A DNA stretch of 64,000 nt from an uncultured Chloroflexia bacterium (GTDB taxonomy: Bacteria > Chloroflexota > Limnocylindria > Limnocylindrales > CSP1-4). The DNA is taken from assembly GCA_963720755.1 (NCBI GenBank), contig CAVRGP010000015.1:320001-384000 (forward strand). Reading direction: 5' to 3'. Position numbers and translations under genes: made by a program. Shown here one piece after another: positions 58,074 through 64,000 of the stretch. The notes beneath the pieces were generated by a model. It was given only the letters and a program-made list of their open reading frames with translations. It was not told where the DNA came from and searched no databases. Position 1 is the stretch's first letter; the number at the start of each line of letters is the position of its first letter.

Positions 58074-58595
58074 GTGGCCCCGTCCAAGCAGTTCCCGGAT
58101 ATCGTCGAGATCGTGGTCGAGATCCCGCGCGGATCCCGGAACAAGTACGAATTCGACGAAGAAGCGGGGGTCTTCCGTCTGGACCGCGTCCTGTCGTCGG
58201 CCGTCTACTACAACTTCGATTACGGGTTCATCGAAGGGACCCGTGCTGACGACGGGGATCATACGGATGCGCTGTTGATCATCGACGAGCCGACCTTTAC
58301 CGGCTGTCACGTCTGGGCCCGCCCGATCGGCGGTCTGGAGATGCGCGACGAGAAGGGCTTTGACTTCAAGGTCCTGTGCGTGGCGATCGGCGACGCCCAT
58401 CAGCAGCACATCAAGCGGCTCGAGCAGGTGCGGCCCCACCGGCTCGTCGAGATCGAGCACTTCTTCCAGACCTACAAGACGCTCGAAGACAAGACCGTCG
58501 ACGTGCTGGGCTGGCGTGAGCGGGACCGAGCACTCGACGTGCTGCGGACGGATCGCGCCACCTGGATCACCGAAACGAGCCAGCCGAAGGCGTGA
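58074..58595 (+). CDS. ppa: Family I inorganic pyrophosphatase
   Basis: EIPRGSRNKYE, LDR, YGFI, DDGDHTD, HFFQTYK. Confidence 0.92.
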   Translation: MAPSKQFPDIVEIVVEIPRGSRNKYEFDEEAGVFRLDRVLSSAVYYNFDYGFIEGTRADDGDHTDALLIIDEPTFTGCHVWARPIGGLEMRDEKGFDFKVLCVAIGDAHQQHIKRLEQVRPHRLVEIEHFFQTYKTLEDKTVDVLGWRERDRALDVLRTDRATWITETSQPKA

Positions 58596-59215
58596 CCTCC
58601 AGCGGCCATCGACCGCGCTGGCCGGGCGCCGACCTTCCCGGCCGGCGATTGTTCGTGGCCGTGCCGTTGCCGGCCGACGCGACCGCTCTGGTCGCCGGAC
58701 TGGTCGAGCAGGTACGCGCAGAGGGACTCGCCGGTCGCGGTCGCGACGTCCGATGGGTCCGGCTCGACCACCTGCACCTGACCATTCGGTTCATCGGCCC
58801 GACGTTGGAAGACCGCGTCCCGGCAGCTCGTGACGCGGTTCGGGTCGCGGCCACCTCGGCGACGAGCTTCGACGCATCCATCTCTGGCGCCGGAGCCTTC
58901 CCGTCGTCACATCGGCCGCGTGCTCTGTGGCTCGGGATCCGCCTGGGTGCCCCGGAACTGGCCGACCTCGCAGGGGCCGTCGACCGAGCCATGGAGTCGG
59001 CTGGCTGGGAGTCGAGCTCCAAGCCCTTCGTGGCTCATCTGACCCTCGCCCGGTCGGATGGCGTCCCGGCCGGGGCCGCGATCGGGGCCCGCCTGGTATC
59101 GCTCGCCTCCGACCTCGAGGTCGGCTTCCGAGTGGACCGGATCGGCTTGTACGAGAGCCTGACCGGCGGTGGCCCAGCGCGCTACGAGCCGCTCGCGATA
59201 GAGTCCCTGTCGTAG
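58592..59215 (+). CDS. thpR: RNA 2',3'-cyclic phosphodiesterase (2H family)
   Basis: RLFVAV, two HxT motifs (HLTIRF, HLTLAR). Confidence 0.9.
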   Translation: MTSSGHRPRWPGADLPGRRLFVAVPLPADATALVAGLVEQVRAEGLAGRGRDVRWVRLDHLHLTIRFIGPTLEDRVPAARDAVRVAATSATSFDASISGAGAFPSSHRPRALWLGIRLGAPELADLAGAVDRAMESAGWESSSKPFVAHLTLARSDGVPAGAAIGARLVSLASDLEVGFRVDRIGLYESLTGGGPARYEPLAIESLS

Positions 59216-59311
59216 GCCGGGGGTGAATCTGGTTGCGTTCGGATCGCCCGGCACGATAGGCTCCACTCCCGGCCGTCGAGGTGGCCGCCACCAGACATCG
59301 ATCAGGAGGCC

Positions 59312-60685
59312 ATGATGGCGCCGTCCGACCCTCGGCAGACGAAGTTCGTACTCGATGAATCGCGGATCCCGCGCGCCTGGTACAACATCGCCGCCGACCT
59401 GCCGGTGGCGCCCGCCCCGCCGCTCCATCCGGGCACCCATCAGCCGATCGGGCCGGACGATCTGGCGCCCCTGTTCCCGATGGCGTTGATCGGGCAGGAG
59501 GTCTCCGCCGAGCGTGAGATCGAGATCCCGGAACCGGTCCGCGACGCCTATCGCCTGTATCGCCCAAGCCCGCTCTACCGAGCGCACCGACTCGAGCGGG
59601 TGCTCGATACGCCCGCCCATATCTACTACAAGTACGAAGGCGGCAGCCCGGCAGGCAGCCACAAGCCGAACACGGCCATCCCGCAGGCGTTCTACAACAA
59701 GGAACAGGGCGTCAAGCGCCTCGCGACCGAGACCGGAGCCGGCCAATGGGGGAGCGCCCTCGCGTTCGCGGGCGCGCTGTTCGGACTCGAGGTCAAGGTC
59801 TACATGGTCCGGGCGAGCTATGACCAGAAGCCGTATCGCCGCGTCCTGATGGAGACGTATGGGGCGGAGGTCGTCGCCAGCCCGTCGCCGACGACGAACT
59901 ACGGTCGTGCCGTCCTGGCCGAGACGCCGGACAGCCCGGGTTCGCTTGGGATGGCGATCAGCGAGGCCGTCGAGGACGCCGCGACCCGTGACGACACCAA
60001 GTACGCATTGGGCTCGGTGCTCAATCACGTGCTTCTCCATCAGACCGTGATCGGTCAGGAGGCCATCGAGCAGATGGGCATGGCCGGCGAGTCACCGGAC
60101 ATCGTCATCGGATGCACCGGTGGAGGGTCGAATTTCGCCGGTCTGGCCTTCCCGTTCCTCGGCCGCAACTTCCGCGAGGGCGCGACGCATCGGATCATCG
60201 CCGTGGAGCCGGAGGCGGCGCCGAGCCTCACTCGTGGCGTGTACGCCTACGACTTCGGCGACACGGGCAAGATGGCGCCGATCGTCAAGATGCACACCCT
60301 GGGCTCCGACTTCATCCCTGAACCGATCCATGCCGGCGGATTGCGCTACCACGGCATGGCGCCGCTGGTGAGCCTGCTCAAGGAACACGACCTGATCGAG
60401 GCGCGAAGCGTCCACCAGCGTTCGACCTTCGAGGCCGGGATCCAGTTCGCGCGCGCTGAAGGGATCCTGCCGGCCCCGGAGCCGACCCACGCGATCCGCG
60501 CCGCCATCGACGAGGCGCTCATCGCGAAGGAGGCGGGCGAGGCACGGGTCATCCTGTTCAACCTGTGCGGTCATGGCCACTTCGATCTGTCCGCCTATGA
60601 GCGGTACCTCGACGGCTCGTTGCAGGACTACGAGTACCCGCGCGAGAAGGTCGAGGCCGCTCTGGCCGGCCTTCCCCAAGTCTGA
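59312..60685 (+). CDS. trpB2: Tryptophan synthase beta chain, TrpB2 type
   Basis: [40 protein letters not shown]. Confidence 0.93.
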   Translation: MMAPSDPRQTKFVLDESRIPRAWYNIAADLPVAPAPPLHPGTHQPIGPDDLAPLFPMALIGQEVSAEREIEIPEPVRDAYRLYRPSPLYRAHRLERVLDTPAHIYYKYEGGSPAGSHKPNTAIPQAFYNKEQGVKRLATETGAGQWGSALAFAGALFGLEVKVYMVRASYDQKPYRRVLMETYGAEVVASPSPTTNYGRAVLAETPDSPGSLGMAISEAVEDAATRDDTKYALGSVLNHVLLHQTVIGQEAIEQMGMAGESPDIVIGCTGGGSNFAGLAFPFLGRNFREGATHRIIAVEPEAAPSLTRGVYAYDFGDTGKMAPIVKMHTLGSDFIPEPIHAGGLRYHGMAPLVSLLKEHDLIEARSVHQRSTFEAGIQFARAEGILPAPEPTHAIRAAIDEALIAKEAGEARVILFNLCGHGHFDLSAYERYLDGSLQDYEYPREKVEAALAGLPQV

Positions 60686-60699
60686 CCGACGCGATCAAC

Positions 60700-61032
60700 G
60701 TGCCGCGCCTCACGTGCTGGTCCTGTGGCCGTCAGATCTATACGGTCGCGCCACTCGAATCGCTGTTCGCGGAGGAGCGGCGCTGCCCGAGATGCGGCGC
60801 CTTCCTGCACGAGGAGCGACGTGAGCGCCAGCGCCGGCAGGACGCTCGCCGCAAGAACCCGCCGCTCGATCCCGGGCCACCCGTTCCCGAGGCCGAGGTG
60901 GGCTCGGAAGAAGGGAGTGGCCCGAAGGAGCGTCGGGTCGCGGACCGGCGAGTCGGGAAGCGGCGCGGAGACGCCGGAGCCAGCGGCACACCGCCGGCGA
61001 CCCGGAACGATCAGCCGGGCTGGCAGGACTGA
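60700..61032 (+). CDS. Small zinc-ribbon protein with ERR/DRR arginine motifs
   Basis: CWSCG...CPRCG; ERRERQRR, ERRVADRRVGKRR. Confidence 0.7.
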   Translation: MPRLTCWSCGRQIYTVAPLESLFAEERRCPRCGAFLHEERRERQRRQDARRKNPPLDPGPPVPEAEVGSEEGSGPKERRVADRRVGKRRGDAGASGTPPATRNDQPGWQD

Positions 61033-61077
61033 TCAGCCGGCGTCCTTGACGGCTCAGGGGCTGCGATACTCGCGACC

Positions 61078-61962
61078 ATGCACGTCGCATTCATCGGGTT
61101 CGGACTGATCGCTGGTTCGATCGCCCGGGCCGTCCGGTCCAACCAGGAGACGGCTCCGTGGACGATGGCCGCGTGGTCGCCATCCGGTACGGGTCCTCGG
61201 CAGGCCATGGCCGACCGGGTCGTCGACGCGGTGGGGTCCGGGCCGCGGCAAACCTTGACCGACGCGGACCTCGTGGTCCTGGCTGGACCCGCCACGGCAT
61301 GCCTCGCGTCGCTTGACGACCTGGCAGAGGATTGGCGAGTCGACCTGTCACCGCGTGCGGTCGTGACGGACGTGGCCAGCACGAAGGCGATGCTGGTTGC
61401 TCGAGCGGATGCGGGCCGCGTGCGCTTCGTTGGTGGCCACCCCATGGCTGGTCGTGAGGCGTCGGGTTACGCGGCCGGGACGGCGGACCTGTTCGTCGAC
61501 CGGCCCTGGGTCGTGGTCCCGGGGGCGATCGCAGACTCGACCGATATCGACCGGGTCATCGGTCTCGCCGCAGCGTGCCGGGCAAGGACGATCCGAATGG
61601 ACGCCACGACCCACGATCGCGCGGTCGCGGCGATCAGCCATCTGCCCCTGGTCATCGCGGCGGCACTCGTCGAATCGGTCGTGCACGGGGCGGAGGCCGG
61701 CTCCGACCTGTGGCCGGTCGCTTCGTCACTGGCGGCCGGTGGCTGGCGCGACGCCACTCGGGTCGCGCGCGGGGACGCCGAGATGGGCGCGGCGATCGCG
61801 GTCACCAACGCCGGCGAACTGTCCGCCAGGCTGCGTGACCTGCGTTCGGTCATCGACATCTGGTTGGCAGACCTCGACCGGCCCGGAGGCCCATCCGAGG
61901 TTGCGATCCGAGACCGATTGGCGGCTGCGCGGGCCGCCCTCGAGGTGGCCGATGAGCGCTGA
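61078..61962 (+). CDS. tyrA: Prephenate/arogenate dehydrogenase
   Basis: GFGLIAGS, DVASTK, GGHPMAG, HD, ISHLP, RDATRVA. Confidence 0.88.
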   Translation: MHVAFIGFGLIAGSIARAVRSNQETAPWTMAAWSPSGTGPRQAMADRVVDAVGSGPRQTLTDADLVVLAGPATACLASLDDLAEDWRVDLSPRAVVTDVASTKAMLVARADAGRVRFVGGHPMAGREASGYAAGTADLFVDRPWVVVPGAIADSTDIDRVIGLAAACRARTIRMDATTHDRAVAAISHLPLVIAAALVESVVHGAEAGSDLWPVASSLAAGGWRDATRVARGDAEMGAAIAVTNAGELSARLRDLRSVIDIWLADLDRPGGPSEVAIRDRLAAARAALEVADER

Positions 61963-62539
61963 GCAGGTCTTCGTCGTCGCCCGCGATGCGGTTCCCGGCG
62001 GCTGCGACTGGTATGGGCTCCGGGCGGAAGGGTCGGCAGCGGCGATCGCGACGATCGAACGGTTGGGCCGCTACGAACCTCGGGCCGAGATGGAGCTCGA
62101 TCGTTCGTTCAAGCAGGTCATCCCGTATCTGGTGCTTCGAGATGGGGCGCGCTGGTTCCTGATGCAACGGACCGAAGCCGGTGGTGACGCGAGGCTCCAC
62201 GGCCGCTACTCGATCGGGATCGGCGGGCATCTGAACCCGGGCGACGACGGGATCCTGGGCGGACTTCGGCGCGAGTGGGGCGAGGAGATCGTCGCCGCGT
62301 TCGTGCCCGACTTCCAGTTCGTGGCATTGCTCAACGACGACACGACCGACGTCGGGGCCGTCCACCTCGGCGCGGTGTATCTGGCAGACGCGAGCGGTCG
62401 CGACGTCGCCATCCGCGAGGTCGAAAAGCTGACCGGCCGATTCGTCGACACCGAGACCGTCGCGACCGTGGCGGATCGACTCGAGACCTGGAGCCGGATC
62501 GTCTTCGACGCGCTCTCATCGATGCCGGCCACGGCGTGA
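61952..62539 (+). CDS. NUDIX-family phosphoesterase
   Basis: FKQVIPY, RLHGRYSIGIGGH, REWGEE, VGAVHLG. Confidence 0.8.
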   Translation: MSAEQVFVVARDAVPGGCDWYGLRAEGSAAAIATIERLGRYEPRAEMELDRSFKQVIPYLVLRDGARWFLMQRTEAGGDARLHGRYSIGIGGHLNPGDDGILGGLRREWGEEIVAAFVPDFQFVALLNDDTTDVGAVHLGAVYLADASGRDVAIREVEKLTGRFVDTETVATVADRLETWSRIVFDALSSMPATA

Positions 62540-63600
62540 GGATCCGACGGATCGGCCTGGCGGCTGCGGCCGGCGCGGTGTCGGTCGCGATGTTCCGCAC
62601 GGTCACCGGACGGGGCGCGGATCGACTGCTGGCGGGCGAGAGGACCGCACCTGAGGAGGCTGCGCTCGCGCCCGCCCTCGATGCGCTCGGCGGCGAGGTC
62701 GTCCGGTTCCGCTCGCGAGATGGGACGCGGTTGACGGGTCGCTGGCTGCCCGCGATGGCGGATGGGGCCGGCGGCGTCTCTGGACCGTGGGAACCTGACC
62801 CGCACGACGCGATCCTGGTGCTCCACGGCTGGTCTGGTTCTTCCGTTCCCGATCTCGTCGAGTACGGGCCGTTCTTGCGTCGGACCGCCAGCGTGTTCGG
62901 GATCGACTTCGGCGGGCACGGCGGCTCGGACCCGGCGCCCACGACCTTTGGCATGCGCGAGGTCGAGGACGTCGCCGGCGCCCTTTCCTGGCTGGGTGAG
63001 CGAGGCGTCGAGCGAGTCGCCCTCATCGGGTGGTCGATGGGTGGGATGGCCGCGATCGCCGCCGTGGCCATTCTCGGCGACGGGTCGATGGCGGGCGTCG
63101 ACGTGGATCCGGCGGCGGCCGCCCATGTCGCCCCGGTCCCGCGCCCGTCGATCGTTGCCGTCGTGGCCGATTCGGTCGCTCCGGAACTTGTCGTCGCGAT
63201 CGGATCGCGCCTGCCGCTGGGCCGTCGGTTCCTCGCAGGTCGGTTGCTCGATGCCGTGGCGAGGAAGCTCGGTGGCGATCCGCGCGAGACCGAGCCAGGC
63301 CGCGTCGTCGGCCTGCTGGATGGGACGCCGCTGCTGCTGATCTCCGGCGACGCCGACGCCACGGTCCCCATCCGCGATGCGCGCCGGCTGGCCGACGAGG
63401 CGCCTCCGGGCACTCGCCACCTGATCATCGCGGGAGCCGACCACACGCAAGGGCATGCGGTGGCGCCTGCGGTCTACGAGGAGGCGGTGACCAACCACCT
63501 TCGGGCCGGCTTTGACCGGACTGCCGAGGCACCTATAATCGTGGCGTCGGGGACCCCGTTTTCTGACACTCCACGCCCGGTGAGCCCAGCGGAGGACTGA
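62536..63600 (+). CDS. Alpha/beta hydrolase
   Basis: HGW, GHGGS, GWSMGG, GDAD, ADH. Confidence 0.85.
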   Translation: MRIRRIGLAAAAGAVSVAMFRTVTGRGADRLLAGERTAPEEAALAPALDALGGEVVRFRSRDGTRLTGRWLPAMADGAGGVSGPWEPDPHDAILVLHGWSGSSVPDLVEYGPFLRRTASVFGIDFGGHGGSDPAPTTFGMREVEDVAGALSWLGERGVERVALIGWSMGGMAAIAAVAILGDGSMAGVDVDPAAAAHVAPVPRPSIVAVVADSVAPELVVAIGSRLPLGRRFLAGRLLDAVARKLGGDPRETEPGRVVGLLDGTPLLLISGDADATVPIRDARRLADEAPPGTRHLIIAGADHTQGHAVAPAVYEEAVTNHLRAGFDRTAEAPIIVASGTPFSDTPRPVSPAED

Positions 63601-64000
63601 TGGCGGCCAAGATCCTCGTCGTCGATGACGATCAGAATGTCCAGCGACTGCTGCAGTACACGCTGAAGCAGGAGGGTTACGAGGTCGTCCTGGCATCCGA
63701 TGGTGCGGAGGGGTTCCGCCTGTGGGGTGCTGAGGAACCGGACCTCATCCTCCTGGATGTCATGCTCCCGAAGCTGGACGGGTACCAGGTCGCGACGAAG
63801 ATCCGGACCGAGGAGGGCAGCGCCAGCCACGTCCCGATCATCATGCTGACGGCCGAGCGAGAGGTCGAGCAGAAGGTCCGCGGACTGCGAGCCGGCGCGG
63901 ACGACTACCTGATCAAGCCGTTCCATCCCGCCGAGCTGCTGGCGCGGATCAAGAGCCTCCTCGCTCGGTTCGCCCCCAAAGAGACGCTCCTCGCTCGACC
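63600..64000 (+). CDS. Response regulator, N-terminal receiver (runs off window)
   Basis: MAAKILVVDDD...LLDVMLP...MLTA...YLIKPF; GGAGG RBS; TATAAT upstream. Confidence 0.9.
   Translation, partial: MAAKILVVDDDQNVQRLLQYTLKQEGYEVVLASDGAEGFRLWGAEEPDLILLDVMLPKLDGYQVATKIRTEEGSASHVPIIMLTAEREVEQKVRGLRAGADDYLIKPFHPAELLARIKSLLARFAPKETLLAR

Noticed and set aside
59216-59311. GGGGTGAATC upstream of trpB2, resembling part of the c-di-AMP (ydaO) riboswitch; also checked for a T-box or Trp leader peptide
   Set aside because: Other ydaO elements are absent, the spacer is too short, and there is no T-box motif or Trp-codon leader.

Overview
High-GC bacterial chromosome segment, densely coding, with no phage, IS, CRISPR or rRNA visible. 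Gene content (fhaA-fhaB-rodA-pbpA, CGAAC-N4-GTTCG LexA box, TrpB2, MoxR-DUF58-transglutaminase) suggests Chloroflexota or an Actinobacteria-like monoderm; this is inference. In order: an amino-sugar/glycoside locus (ROK end, truncated ROK kinase, ABC transporter, GH3, SIS, GH1), Zn-ribbon/HTH genes, a kinase-less FHA/SEDS/PBP cluster, DipZ, a MoxR operon, a three-gene serine operon, murJ, deaD, rarA, a UvrD/Fe-S nuclease fusion, M20/ureohydrolase/methyltransferase, REC-MinD, murI, ychF, LexA-boxed MrfAB-like repair genes, an ftsB-like gene, tRNA-Met, ftsH, a DnaB C-terminal-only ATPase, ppa, thpR, trpB2, tyrA and a partial response regulator. The best leads are a structured guanidine-III-like leader before the ureohydrolase, a 142-nt nested inverted repeat before the deaD region, the orphan DnaB-C ATPase and REC-MinD proteins, non-canonical start codons and recurrent leaderless promoter geometry. 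No clearly new multi-gene system is proven from sequence alone.
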